Numbered from the stretch's first letter, positions 36,875 through 46,871 are shown. The stretch is 64,000 nt of DNA from Minisyncoccota bacterium (GCA_041659785.1 JBAZXO010000001.1:19795-83794), one strand, 5' to 3'. Notes: generated from the sequence alone by a model not told the origin. Made by a program: numbers and translations.

Positions 36875-37861
36875 ATGAATAAAAAAATATTAAGTTTGTT
36901 TGTTTTATTGGTATTGGTTTCGGGGGCAACTAAAACTTTTGCATCTTTAACATTTAGCTCTGCTGCCATTACAGGAGACACAGCTTCTACGATAGACGTA
37001 GGTGCAGGAAATGCGTTATCGTTACAGACTACAAATAATGGGAATATTATTACAGGAAGTGGAAATTTTGGAGTTGGTATTGGTATACCTACACAAAAAC
37101 TTGATGTTGTCGGTTTTGTTAATACTGATCTTGGTTATAAACAAGCAGGAAATACAATTCTTTTTACCAAAACTTCTAATCATTCTACTGCTGTGGGTGC
37201 TTCTTCTGCAGCTTCATGGATGGCTACTACGCCTCTTGATTATTCTGCAACTGCTGTAGGCTATGGCGCTCTTGCAACAACTCCTGTAGATGTTGGAGGT
37301 TTAGCATGGGATAATTCTGCTTTCGGAGTTAATTCTCTTGCAAGTACTACAACAGGTGGATATAACGTTGCAGTTGGTGGTTATTCTCTTTTTTCTAACA
37401 CTACAGGTTGGTTTAACACTACAATAGGTGATTCATCTCTTGGTTCAACCACTACAGGATGGGGTAATAGTGCTAATGGGAATGGGGCTCTTTTATCTAA
37501 CACCACAGGCTCATACAATACAGCACTCGGCATGAGTGCTCTTTATTATAATTCAGTGGGTTCCAATAATATTGCCTTGGGGCATAATGCTGGTAGTTAC
37601 GAAACAGGTTCAAATTCTTTTTATGTAGACAATCAAGATCGTTTAAATACTGCAGGAGATAAAGCGAATGCTATTCTTTATGGAATAATGGCACCAGCGG
37701 CAGTTAATCAGACATTGCATATCAATGCAGTAGTGATGCCAATCCAGGCTACGACAGCTGCTGCACCAGCTTATGTAAAGGGAGGAATGTATTTTGATAC
37801 AACTTTAAATAAGTTAAGAGTAGGGGGAGCGACTGGTTGGGAAACAGTTACTTCATCATAA
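36875..37861 (+). CDS. secreted G/T/N-rich repeat surface protein (paralog B of 25197)
   Basis: Upstream region plus the first ~55 aa are about 80% identical at nucleotide level to 25120-25370; the remainder is divergent. The -10 TATAAT lies at 36834-36839, preceded by GGGGAGGGG. Confidence 0.5.
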   Translation: MNKKILSLFVLLVLVSGATKTFASLTFSSAAITGDTASTIDVGAGNALSLQTTNNGNIITGSGNFGVGIGIPTQKLDVVGFVNTDLGYKQAGNTILFTKTSNHSTAVGASSAASWMATTPLDYSATAVGYGALATTPVDVGGLAWDNSAFGVNSLASTTTGGYNVAVGGYSLFSNTTGWFNTTIGDSSLGSTTTGWGNSANGNGALLSNTTGSYNTALGMSALYYNSVGSNNIALGHNAGSYETGSNSFYVDNQDRLNTAGDKANAILYGIMAPAAVNQTLHINAVVMPIQATTAAAPAYVKGGMYFDTTLNKLRVGGATGWETVTSS

Positions 37862-37930
37862 AAAGTAATTTATAAAAAGCCCCCATTGGGGGCTTTTGGT
37901 TTTAGAAGATAAATTGTATAATAGTATTAT

Positions 37931-40072
37931 ATGGACTTGCCAGAAATACCTATAAATAAAGATGTTACCTATCTGGGTCTTACTACTTTTCGTGACAAAA
38001 ATCAGCTCTTCGGCATAAAGCGCAAGGACAGACGCCAGCATGTTTATATTCTCGGAAAGTCAGGTACGGGTAAATCTGTGCTCATGTTCAACATGATTAT
38101 TCAGAACATCCAGAATGGCGAAGGTGTCTGCGTAGTTGACCCGCACGGAGAGCTCGTAGAAGGAGTCTTGTCGGCTATTCCACCGGAACGTATTAAAGAT
38201 GTAGTTTATTTCAACCCTGCTGATGCCGATCACCATATTGGTTTCAACGTTTTAGAATTAATTGATCCTCAATACAAACATCTCGTGGCTTCAGGGCTCA
38301 TGGGTATTTTCACTAAAATTTGGGCGAATGCATGGAGTGCCCGAATGGAATATATTTTAAACAATTGTATTTTAGCTTTGCTCGATACTCCAGGTACGAC
38401 ACTGCTCGGCATTCCTAGAATGCTCGTCGATAAAGATTATCGCCAGAAAATAATTGCGAATTTAAAAGACCCAGTTATTAAGGCTTTCTGGATTCACGAG
38501 TATGAAGCTTGGCAAGATAAATTTAGAAATGAAGCGATCGCTCCGATTCAAAACAAAGTCGGGCAATTTCTCTCTACATCCATCATCCGCAATGTCGTCG
38601 GTCAATCTTTAAGTACTATAAATATTTTCGACATCATGAATGATGGGAAGATTTTCCTCGTAAACGTTTCGAAAGGGCGCATCGGTGAAGATAACTCTGG
38701 CCTCCTAGGAGGAATGATCATTACCAAAATTCAGCTCGCTGCGATGGAGCGTGTTCGTATTCCGGAAGATCATCGTAAAGACTTTTACCTATATGTCGAC
38801 GAATTCCAGAATTTCGTGACGGACGCTTTTGCAGGTATTTTGTCTGAGGCTAGAAAATACAGATTGAACCTTACTGTTGCCCACCAATACACTGCCCAGC
38901 TCGTCGTGGACAAGAGTTCTGCCGTGCGAGATGCTGTCTTTGGAAACGTGGGTACGATGATTGTCTTTCGTGTTGGCTCTGATGATGCAGACTTCTTGGA
39001 AAAAGAATTTGATCCAGAATTTACTCCTTCGGACATTGTTAATTTGCCGAATTATAAAATTTATTTGAAATTAATGATAGATGGAGTTACGTCTAGACCT
39101 TTTTCTGCGAAGACACTTCCACCTATGGTTAAGTCCGGTGATAAAAAAGTAGAAGAAGCAGTTATCAAATCTTCTCGTGAACTTTATTGTAGACCCAAGG
39201 AATTAGTAGAAAGAGAAATTAATGACTGGAGCGGAATGTCACTTGGGAATTATAGTGAATCAGGAGGGGGAGCGGGTATGGAGAAATTCCCAGTTATCTG
39301 TTCACTTTGTAAACTAGAAAAGACTGTACCTTTCAAGCCAGAGCCAGGCAGAGCTGTTTATTGTAAGGAATGTATTGCAAAAATAAAATCCGGAGAGGTA
39401 AAGGTAGAGAAAAAAGGACAAGATCAAATAAATTACGATGAATCTAAATTTTTTAAACCGTTAGCTGATTTAGGTATAGAATTTCAACCAAAGAATGTAA
39501 AAGTTGAAGAAGAAAACAGATATCCTGAGAGAGTAGAGAAACATACTTCAGCACCAACAAAACCTTCTTCTGTGCCAAAACCATATATTTCTGCAAATAA
39601 ACCCTCCTCTTCGGCGGGCAGGCCAGGAATTATGGGGGCAATTAAAAAAGTTTTTGTTCCCACTCCAAAGGTAAACCAAAATAAAGCTGAGGCTCCTAAA
39701 AAAATAGATAATTCAGCACTTAGGGAAGTTTTAAATAAAACTTTACATAGTGAACAGGCGAGCCCGGTGATTCCAACTCCAGCACCAGTCAAGACTCCTG
39801 TGCCAGAGCCTGTTTCTCTTGATTCCTTAAAAGATAAAATAAAAGAAGAAGATAAAAAACTTGCCCGTCCATCTGGTGGAAATTTTTCATCATACAATGA
39901 TCGTTCTGCTGGCGCAGATGAGATGAATAAATTGAAAAATTTGATTTCAGAAAAAATTGAAACTAAAAAAGAAGAAGTAGCTCCAGCTCCAGCTCCAACA
40001 CCAATTCCGATACCTCAAAAACCAGCAACAAAAGAAGTACCTGAAGATGTTTTAAGAAAAGTTTTAGAATAA
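37931..40072 (+). CDS. VirD4/TraD/TraG-family type IV coupling-protein-like P-loop ATPase with a C-terminal CxxC..CxxC zinc ribbon and a P/K/A-rich low-complexity tail
   Basis: Walker A YILGKSGTGKS, VVDPHGE, Walker B FYLYVDEFQNF, ARKYRLNLTVAHQYTAQL and FGNVGTMIVFRVG (TraG-D_C-like). CSLCKLEK...CKECI ribbon. Confidence 0.6.
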   Translation: MDLPEIPINKDVTYLGLTTFRDKNQLFGIKRKDRRQHVYILGKSGTGKSVLMFNMIIQNIQNGEGVCVVDPHGELVEGVLSAIPPERIKDVVYFNPADADHHIGFNVLELIDPQYKHLVASGLMGIFTKIWANAWSARMEYILNNCILALLDTPGTTLLGIPRMLVDKDYRQKIIANLKDPVIKAFWIHEYEAWQDKFRNEAIAPIQNKVGQFLSTSIIRNVVGQSLSTINIFDIMNDGKIFLVNVSKGRIGEDNSGLLGGMIITKIQLAAMERVRIPEDHRKDFYLYVDEFQNFVTDAFAGILSEARKYRLNLTVAHQYTAQLVVDKSSAVRDAVFGNVGTMIVFRVGSDDADFLEKEFDPEFTPSDIVNLPNYKIYLKLMIDGVTSRPFSAKTLPPMVKSGDKKVEEAVIKSSRELYCRPKELVEREINDWSGMSLGNYSESGGGAGMEKFPVICSLCKLEKTVPFKPEPGRAVYCKECIAKIKSGEVKVEKKGQDQINYDESKFFKPLADLGIEFQPKNVKVEEENRYPERVEKHTSAPTKPSSVPKPYISANKPSSSAGRPGIMGAIKKVFVPTPKVNQNKAEAPKKIDNSALREVLNKTLHSEQASPVIPTPAPVKTPVPEPVSLDSLKDKIKEEDKKLARPSGGNFSSYNDRSAGADEMNKLKNLISEKIETKKEEVAPAPAPTPIPIPQKPATKEVPEDVLRKVLE

Positions 40073-40075
40073 TAT

Positions 40076-41539
40076 ATGGCAAAGTCTAATAGAGTACAGA
40101 TAATAAAATATGCTCCGCCACCACCAGAATTACCAGTCTTCGGAAAGGTAAAGCCAGAAGATGTGTCTTTTATTGGGCGGACAAATTATGTAGCTTCTCT
40201 AGAAGAAAAGAAGTTTGTTTTCGGCATCAAGAGAGTAGACCGCCGAAGACATCTTTATATTATCGGAAAGTCCGGAGTCGGTAAGACGAAATTGCTCGAG
40301 CTTTTTATACGTCAAGATGTTTCTTATAATCATGGATTGTGTTTGATCGATCCACACGGAGACGTCATAGATTCCATGCTTGATTATATTCCTAAAGATC
40401 GTATCGAAGATGTTTGCATTATAGATCCTTCTGATATTGATTTTCCGGCTTCTTTCAACCCACTAGCGAACGTGGACCCAATGTTTAAGTTTCAGCTCAC
40501 TCAAGGCCTCATTGAAGTTTTCCAGAAACAATTCGGAGCAAATTGGACGCCTCGTCTAGAACACGTTTTTCGTTTTACTTGTTTAGCACTCCTAGATTAT
40601 CCTCATGCCACGATGCGTGGAATGATTTCAATGCTTACTGACAGAAATTACAGACAGAAAGTCGTGGAATACATTACAGACGACATGGTGAAGAGATTCT
40701 TCGCTATTGAGTTCGCAGACTGGTCTGAGAAATTCGATACAGACGCTATCATTCCACTTGTAAACAAACTCGGTCAATTCCTCTCAGACCCACTTCTCCG
40801 AAATATTTTCGGACAGAAGCAAAACAAAATAGATATCACTAAATTAATGAATGAAGGGAAAATAATCCTTATCAATCTTTCTAAAGGGCGCCTTGGTGAA
40901 GAAAATTCTTCTTTTCTTGGTTCTATATTTTTAACAAAAATAAAACAAGCTGGTATGGAGCGTGCTGCTATTCCTGAACAAGATCGTAACGACTTTTATC
41001 TCTATGTGGATGAGTTCCAAAACGTCGTGACACAGACCTTCGAAAATATTTTATCAGAAGCTAGAAAATATGGCTTGAATTTAACAATTGCCCATCAGTA
41101 TGTGGGACAGATTTTACCTAAAGTGCATCAGGCCGTGCTCGGAAATGTCGGAAGTGTAATTTGTTTCCGTGTCGGCGGTGAAGATGCTGTAAAACTAAAG
41201 CCAGAATTCGCACCCGTTTTCGACGTAAAGGATATGATCAACCTTGCTGTAGCAGAATTTTATATAAAAATGACGATTGATGGGGAGTCTTATGACCCAT
41301 TTTCTGCAGAGACTCTACGTGTATTACCACCAACTCATCCTTCATACAGGCAAGAGATTATAGACGCATCTCGCAGAAAATATTCGATACCCAAGGATGA
41401 TGCAGCGACGCTTATAGCTGAAGAAGAAGCTACAATTATTCGAAGTGTAGAAGAAAAAGCGATAATTGAAGGTAAGACAAAAAGAAAAGATAGAGAAGAT
41501 AATTCAGAAACTTCCCAAGAAGGGGAGCCTATGATATAG
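40076..41539 (+). CDS. second VirD4/TraD-family coupling-protein-like ATPase (shorter tandem paralog)
   Basis: YIIGKSGVGKT, LIDPHGD, FYLYVDEFQNV, ARKYGLNLTIAHQYVGQI. Roughly 40% identical to the upstream paralog. Confidence 0.6.
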   Translation: MAKSNRVQIIKYAPPPPELPVFGKVKPEDVSFIGRTNYVASLEEKKFVFGIKRVDRRRHLYIIGKSGVGKTKLLELFIRQDVSYNHGLCLIDPHGDVIDSMLDYIPKDRIEDVCIIDPSDIDFPASFNPLANVDPMFKFQLTQGLIEVFQKQFGANWTPRLEHVFRFTCLALLDYPHATMRGMISMLTDRNYRQKVVEYITDDMVKRFFAIEFADWSEKFDTDAIIPLVNKLGQFLSDPLLRNIFGQKQNKIDITKLMNEGKIILINLSKGRLGEENSSFLGSIFLTKIKQAGMERAAIPEQDRNDFYLYVDEFQNVVTQTFENILSEARKYGLNLTIAHQYVGQILPKVHQAVLGNVGSVICFRVGGEDAVKLKPEFAPVFDVKDMINLAVAEFYIKMTIDGESYDPFSAETLRVLPPTHPSYRQEIIDASRRKYSIPKDDAATLIAEEEATIIRSVEEKAIIEGKTKRKDREDNSETSQEGEPMI

Positions 41540-41554
41540 TTTTCAAACGTAATT

Positions 41555-42424
41555 ATGTCAAAAGATTATTATGAAATTTTAGGCGTTAATAAAGGTGCGT
41601 CAAAGGACGAAATTAAAAAGGCTTTTTATAAGTTGGCGCACAAATATCATCCTGATAAAAAGGGTGGGAATGAAGAGCAGTTTAAAAAGGTAAACGAAGC
41701 CTATCAAGTTCTCTCTGATGATGCGAAACGCGCAAAATATGATCAATATGGCTCAGGCTTTGAGAGTGCGGGAGCGGGAGGGTATGGAGGAGGTCAGGGC
41801 TTTGGAGGGTTTGATTTCAATGGAGGTTTTCAAGGAAGTGGTGCCGATTTTGATTTCGGAAACCTAAATGACATATTTAGTGATTTTTTTGGTGGCGGGG
41901 GTGGAATGGGTGGAGGTAGACCTCAGTCTCGTCGTGGACGCGATATTTCTACTGAGATACAGATTTCTCTCACTGACTCTATGTTGGGTTTAAATAAAAA
42001 GATTTTACTCACAAAGATGTCGACTTGTCTTACTTGTAATGGTTCTGGCGCGAAGGCTGGATCAAAGATGGAAACCTGTAAGCATTGTAATGGCCAAGGT
42101 AAAATTCACGAACAAAAGAGAACAATCTTTGGGAACATTGGGAGCACAAGAGCTTGTGAAGTTTGTTTCGGTACAGGAGAAGTTCCAAAAGAAAAATGCG
42201 AAACATGTAAAGGTAAAGGTGTACTCCGTCGTGAAGAAGAAGTCTCAATCAATATTCCTGTCGGCATACGTGATGGGCAGACATTAAAAATGTCAGGTTA
42301 TGGAGAAGCAGTTTCGAGAGGTACTACAGGAGATCTCCTCATACAAATAAAAGTAAAAATACCTAATAAAATTTCTAAAAAAGCCCGTGAGCTTTTAGAA
42401 GAGCTTAAAAAAGAAGGAATTTAG
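41555..42424 (+). CDS. dnaJ: chaperone DnaJ, short form (J domain, G/F region, four CxxCxGxG zinc-finger repeats, truncated C-terminal domain)
   Basis: [13 protein letters not shown] domain; G/F-rich linker; [32 protein letters not shown]. Confidence 0.85.
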   Translation: MSKDYYEILGVNKGASKDEIKKAFYKLAHKYHPDKKGGNEEQFKKVNEAYQVLSDDAKRAKYDQYGSGFESAGAGGYGGGQGFGGFDFNGGFQGSGADFDFGNLNDIFSDFFGGGGGMGGGRPQSRRGRDISTEIQISLTDSMLGLNKKILLTKMSTCLTCNGSGAKAGSKMETCKHCNGQGKIHEQKRTIFGNIGSTRACEVCFGTGEVPKEKCETCKGKGVLRREEEVSINIPVGIRDGQTLKMSGYGEAVSRGTTGDLLIQIKVKIPNKISKKARELLEELKKEGI

Positions 42425-42429
42425 TGTTT

Positions 42430-42450
42430 CCCGGACACCAGGTGTCCGGG
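42430..42450. repeat. perfect palindrome cccggacacc-a-ggtgtccggg, followed by tggggaaaaattt and ATG 42464
   Basis: Read directly. Same layout (GC hairpin, then G-run, A-run, ATG) as 1494-1522. Confidence 0.7.
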
Positions 42451-42463
42451 TGGGGAAAAATTT

Positions 42464-43054
42464 ATGATTCCAGAAAATATAATTTATATTACGATTCTTA
42501 TAAGCCTACTCGGATACTTTTTTTATTTAAAGGATATGCTTTTTGGGCAGACTAGACCTAATTTAGTCTCCTGGTTTATTTGGATGCTGGCTCCATTTAT
42601 TGGAGTTTTCTTTCAGTTAAAAGCTGGGGCAGGACTTTCGGTGTTACCTATATTTATGGCAGGGTTTGGCCCTCTTGTGGTAATAATCGTTTCCTTTTGG
42701 AAAAAAAATGCTTATTTTAAAATTAATAACTTAGATATAGTTTGTGGAATATTTGCGTTGCTAGCTTTAGTACTTTATGTACTCACTCACAATTTAGGTA
42801 TATCTATTCTTTTTGCGATTTTGAGTGATGGTTTAGCAGCAATACCAACAATTATAAAATCTTGGAAGTTTCCAGAGACCGAAACAGTGTCGGTTTATTT
42901 ACCGGGTGTTATAAATAATGTTTTAGCCTTGTTTATAATTAAAGATTGGAGTTTTACTATTTATAGTTTTAGTCTTTATTTGGTTATAGTAAATGTAATT
43001 ATAATTTTTATCTTATATCGTAAAAAGATTTTTAGAACACAGACTATTTCTTAA
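42464..43054 (+). CDS. hypothetical polytopic membrane protein (about 6 TM)
   Basis: Hydrophobic 196-aa ORF; no domain recognised. Confidence 0.4.
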   Translation: MIPENIIYITILISLLGYFFYLKDMLFGQTRPNLVSWFIWMLAPFIGVFFQLKAGAGLSVLPIFMAGFGPLVVIIVSFWKKNAYFKINNLDIVCGIFALLALVLYVLTHNLGISILFAILSDGLAAIPTIIKSWKFPETETVSVYLPGVINNVLALFIIKDWSFTIYSFSLYLVIVNVIIIFILYRKKIFRTQTIS

Positions 43055-43934
43055 ATCTCTTTTGAAATTTATTTGCGATGATAGTGTAGGCTAGTTGCGC
43101 TGCTCCATATTCAGTGAGTACAGAATCAGGTATGGGGGAGACTTCTACGATGTCTGCGCCAATTAGCTCGGATTTCTTTATAGCTTTTTCAATAAGATCT
43201 ATTCCATACCACCACTCGAGTCCTCCTTGGACAGACGTACCAGTACCTGGCATATGTGCAGGGTCGAAACCATCTACGTCTATAGTGATATAAAGATATT
43301 TTGTTTTTATTGCTTTTAGGATTTCAGCTACGGTCGGAATTTTTTTATTTCCCCATTCGAAAACAGTAACTTTATTTTTTTTATTACTGAAATATTCGTA
43401 TTCATCTTTTGAATAAGTTCTTATCCCGACTTGTACGAGGGGGTAGCCGAGGGAGCTCGCATGGCGCATAACAGTAGAGTGTGCGAGAGGTGAAGGGTTA
43501 TCACTATAATCACTATCATCTTTCCTTAAATCACAATGCGCATCTATTTGCATAATTGTGACATCCTTGGGATTATATTTTTTAGCTAAAGCTTGGAATA
43601 CACCAATAGAGACAGAGTGTTCACCACCTAAAAGGAAAATAAATTTATTCTTTTCTACGAGTTTCTGAGCATTACTTCTTATCTTCTCTAATGTTTGAGT
43701 GGGGGATAGATTTTCCAAGTTGTCGAGATATAAATGTGAGATTTTTACAAAATCCCGTACTTCTACCTTAAATTTTCTATCAAAAAATTCAATTTGAGAA
43801 TCCAAGCATTCGATTACCTTTTCTGGACCGTAGACAGTTCCCTTGTGTGATGAAGCTGTTTTTTCATATCCTGCAGACATTAATACTACATCTGCTTTAT
43901 CTAAATTTTTCTCATTTATTATTGTTTTTACCAT
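43044..43934 (-). CDS. arginase/agmatinase/formiminoglutamase-family ureohydrolase
   Basis: LGGEHSVSIG, DAHCDL, ITIDVDGFDPAHMPGTGT metal-binding motifs. Confidence 0.75.
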   Translation of the reverse strand: MVKTIINEKNLDKADVVLMSAGYEKTASSHKGTVYGPEKVIECLDSQIEFFDRKFKVEVRDFVKISHLYLDNLENLSPTQTLEKIRSNAQKLVEKNKFIFLLGGEHSVSIGVFQALAKKYNPKDVTIMQIDAHCDLRKDDSDYSDNPSPLAHSTVMRHASSLGYPLVQVGIRTYSKDEYEYFSNKKNKVTVFEWGNKKIPTVAEILKAIKTKYLYITIDVDGFDPAHMPGTGTSVQGGLEWWYGIDLIEKAIKKSELIGADIVEVSPIPDSVLTEYGAAQLAYTIIANKFQKRFKK

Positions 43935-43972
43935 ATATATTTAACCTAACATTCTATACTTATAATGCAAAT

Positions 43973-45409
43973 TTAAATCTTAGAAATCTTTTGCCCCATG
44001 TTTGTATCCTTAACTTCATAACCCAGAGAATTTATTTTTTCTCGAAGCTCATCGGACTTTTTAAAATCTTTATCCTTGCGAGCTTGTTCGCGTTCTTCGG
44101 CTAGCTTTTTTACTTCTTCAGGAATTACGTCTTCCTTTAAGTGTTCGAAGCCTAACCCTAACACTTTATCGAAGTCTAAAATTGTAGCTTTCTTGTCGGC
44201 GTCTGACATGTTTTCATCTTTAAAAACATCCCACAATAATGCTAAAGCCCTAGGGGTGTCTAGGTCGTCTTCTATGTATTCTTTAAACTTATTTTGGTAT
44301 TCCTTATGTACATGGCCCACTTGCCCCGTCCTTGGCGGGGACTCATTTGCCCCCGCCTCAGGCGGGACAAGAAGCCCTAAATAAAGGCCATAAAGGCGTT
44401 TTAAGGCTGTTTCAGCGCCCTCGAGTGCTTCCCATACAAAGTTGACTTTAGTACGATAGCTAGCCATTAAAAGCCAAAAACGATAGGTTATAGGGTTTAT
44501 GTTTTTTTCAATTAAACTTTCCAATCTTAAAAAATTATTTGCTGATTTAGACATTTTCTCGTTACCTGTATCAACAAATTCACTATGCATCCAGAATTTA
44601 ACAAAAGGCTTTTTACCAGTAGCGCATTCTGATTGAGCTATTTCATTTGTGTGATGTGTAGGTATAAGATCAATGCCCCCTGTGTGAATATCAAATTGTT
44701 CACCAAGAAATTTTAGACCCATAGCAGAACATTCAATGTGCCATCCCGGAAAACCAATTCCGAAAGGGGATTCAAAACCAATTTTATTATCAGTCTTCCA
44801 CAATGCGAAATCTTCAGGATTTATTTTTTCAGAATTTTCTGTTACCCTAGCTCCTTCTTTGTTCCAGTCCCTTTTACCACTCCAAAGTGCTCCATAGTCA
44901 GGCATTTTAGAAACATTGAAATATATTCCATCACTTGTTTTATATGTGTATCCTTTTTCTGTTAGTTTTTGGATTAATTCAATGTCTTCTTTAACATAAT
45001 CGCTTGCAAAATATAAACCTGAAGGCATTTCGATATTAAGGGCTTGTAAATCTTTTTTAAAACTTTCAGTATAAAATTCTGCAAGCTCACGCATGTTTTT
45101 TAGCGTTAATTCTTTTCCTTCTCGCAAAAGTCCCTTGGTCATTTTATCTTCACCAGAATCAGCATCACTTGAAAGATGCCCGATGTCAGTGATGTTCATG
45201 ACTTGCTTTACTATAAATCCTTCATATTGAAGAGTGCGATGTACCAAGTCGGCAAAAAAGAAAGAACGCAAATTACCTATATGGGTATAGTTATAAACTG
45301 TTGGGCCACAGGTATACATTCGTACCTCCTTCGGATCTATGGGGGTAAAAATGTCTTTTTCTTTAGTTAGAGTGTTGTAAAATTTTAAAGCCATTTTATT
45401 TAAATTCAC
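43973..45409 (-). CDS. cysS: cysteinyl-tRNA synthetase carrying an in-frame double GC-palindrome insertion
   Basis: MYTCGPTVYNYTHIGNLR (HIGH), KMSKS, zinc-binding Cys/His residues. The insertion encodes ..VPPEAGANESPPRTGQVGH. Confidence 0.9.
   Translation of the reverse strand: MNLNKMALKFYNTLTKEKDIFTPIDPKEVRMYTCGPTVYNYTHIGNLRSFFFADLVHRTLQYEGFIVKQVMNITDIGHLSSDADSGEDKMTKGLLREGKELTLKNMRELAEFYTESFKKDLQALNIEMPSGLYFASDYVKEDIELIQKLTEKGYTYKTSDGIYFNVSKMPDYGALWSGKRDWNKEGARVTENSEKINPEDFALWKTDNKIGFESPFGIGFPGWHIECSAMGLKFLGEQFDIHTGGIDLIPTHHTNEIAQSECATGKKPFVKFWMHSEFVDTGNEKMSKSANNFLRLESLIEKNINPITYRFWLLMASYRTKVNFVWEALEGAETALKRLYGLYLGLLVPPEAGANESPPRTGQVGHVHKEYQNKFKEYIEDDLDTPRALALLWDVFKDENMSDADKKATILDFDKVLGLGFEHLKEDVIPEEVKKLAEEREQARKDKDFKKSDELREKINSLGYEVKDTNMGQKISKI
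44320..44371. repeat. composite of two adjacent family A palindromes inside cysS
   Basis: cttgccccgtccttggcgggg + actcatttg + cccccgcctcaggcgggacaag. The outer ends cttgcccc.../...gggacaag are themselves inverted. Confidence 0.75.
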
Positions 45410-46403
45410 TCTGGTATATATCAGTAAGGGTGTAGAGCAAAGAGACTGTTAGGGGACCAATTAAAATACCGACAGGGCCAAGTAGAGCGATACCTCCTAA
45501 TACAGAAAAGAGAATCAAGAATGGAGGGATGTTTATTTTATGTCCCACGATATACGGATTTAATAGATTGTCACCCATTCCTACGATAAGTATTGCCCAT
45601 GTAAGGAGACCTACAGCGAAACCCGTGTGTCCAGTAGCAAAAAGGAAAATAACTGCAGGTACGGATACGACGGCTGTGCCAAGTGGCGGCACGATAGAAG
45701 CAAGACCTGCAATCACTGCCCAGATGGCAGGATTTGGAACATGAAAGATAGTAAGACCGATGCCCATAAGTGTACCTTGAATTAAAGCAATTAAAAGATA
45801 ACCCTTTATCACACCATTTATCGTTTGGCTAAATCTATTGATTATTTTTTCGTCAGCAGTTTTTGAGAGAGGGCTCAATTGAAGAATAGTTTCTCTCCAT
45901 TTTTCTCCATCTTTTAAGAAATAGAAAATAGTTAAAAGTAATAATATGAATGAGAACAGTGTGGTGACAGTACTACTAAATATGTCTGCGATATTGTTTG
46001 TCAAAAAAGAAATGAGGATAGAAACCTTTTCATTTATGTCGAAAGATACACCATTTGGTAATATTTGAGTGATTTTATTTCCGATAGAGTCAATAAAAGG
46101 GATAGCATTTCCACTGCTAACGACAGAATGATAAAGATTTTGAGATTGATTGAAAACGATAGATCCAATCCCTAAAAGGGGGATACACAATACAATAATA
46201 AAGAAAAATAAAGTTAAAAATGAAGCAAACCAATTTGGCAGGCCTTTTTTATTGAGCCATGTATATACCGGGTAGAGTATTACAGAGATAGAAATCCCGA
46301 GCACGAGTACAATCCAAAAAGGACGAAAAATCAAAAAAGCGAAGATAAAAGTGGCAAATAAGAGCCCAAAGAAAAAGTACTTTTCTATAATTTTTGGTTG
46401 CAT
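45396..46403 (-). CDS. AI-2E family (PerM/YhhT, UPF0118) transporter; start taken at ATG 46403 rather than the longer ORF
   Basis: Eight TM helices. ..FYFLKDGEKWRE.. and the C-terminal ..LLGPVGILIGPLTVSLL motif. Confidence 0.7.
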   Translation of the reverse strand: MQPKIIEKYFFFGLLFATFIFAFLIFRPFWIVLVLGISISVILYPVYTWLNKKGLPNWFASFLTLFFFIIVLCIPLLGIGSIVFNQSQNLYHSVVSSGNAIPFIDSIGNKITQILPNGVSFDINEKVSILISFLTNNIADIFSSTVTTLFSFILLLLTIFYFLKDGEKWRETILQLSPLSKTADEKIINRFSQTINGVIKGYLLIALIQGTLMGIGLTIFHVPNPAIWAVIAGLASIVPPLGTAVVSVPAVIFLFATGHTGFAVGLLTWAILIVGMGDNLLNPYIVGHKINIPPFLILFSVLGGIALLGPVGILIGPLTVSLLYTLTDIYQSEFK

Positions 46404-46417
46404 CTGTATATTATAGC

Positions 46418-46495
46418 TTGCCCGCACACTTACATGCAAGATATTGAGTACAATGCGCAAGGCGCGTCTTACAAGTAAGTGTGCGGACTTGCCTT
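46418..46495 (+). promoter_or_regulatory. inverted repeat (cttgcccgcacacttac ... gtaagtgtgcggacttgcc) in the rplU leader; candidate ribosomal-protein leader structure
   Basis: Arms of about 17 bp enclose about 35 nt. A TATAAT-like hexamer lies at 46509-46514, just upstream of the ATG. Confidence 0.4.
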
Positions 46496-46515
46496 TTTGT
46501 GAAATATCGTATAAT

Positions 46516-46842
46516 ATGAAACTTATGGAATTCGCAGTTATAACAACAGGTGGTAAGCAATATAAAGTCTCTGAAGGAGGCCTTGTTTCTATCGAAAAAA
46601 TAAAGGGAGAGTACAAGAAAGGGGACAAGTTGTCTTTCGATAAAGTCATGCTTGTAGATGATGGTAAAGATACCACTATCGGTACGCCTTATATTAAGGG
46701 TGCGAAAGTTGATGCTGAAATCGTAGAAATCGGCCGTTCTCGAAAAGTTATGGTTATAAAATATAAACAAAAGTCTCGTTATTTAAAGAGAAACGGTCAT
46801 CGTCAGCCATTCTTTAAAGTAAAGATTACCTCAATAAAATAA
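46516..46842 (+). CDS. rplU: 50S ribosomal protein L21
   Basis: MKLMEFAVITTGGKQYKVSEGGLVSIEKI...; the ORF track's longer N-terminus is unlikely. Confidence 0.85.
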   Translation: MKLMEFAVITTGGKQYKVSEGGLVSIEKIKGEYKKGDKLSFDKVMLVDDGKDTTIGTPYIKGAKVDAEIVEIGRSRKVMVIKYKQKSRYLKRNGHRQPFFKVKITSIK

Positions 46843-46846
46843 AAAA

Positions 46847-46871
46847 ACGAAGGACAGACCTTCGTTTTTTT
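46847..46871. terminator. bidirectional intrinsic terminator between rplU (+) and recR (-)
   Basis: A7, then cgaagg-acaga-ccttcg, then T8. Confidence 0.7.

Noticed and set aside
46411-46770. 119-aa minus-strand ORF, and the long N-terminal extension of the AI-2E transporter ORF (46404-46676)
   Set aside because: It overlaps rplU and its leader. The transporter most plausibly starts at ATG 46403, immediately before the first TM helix.
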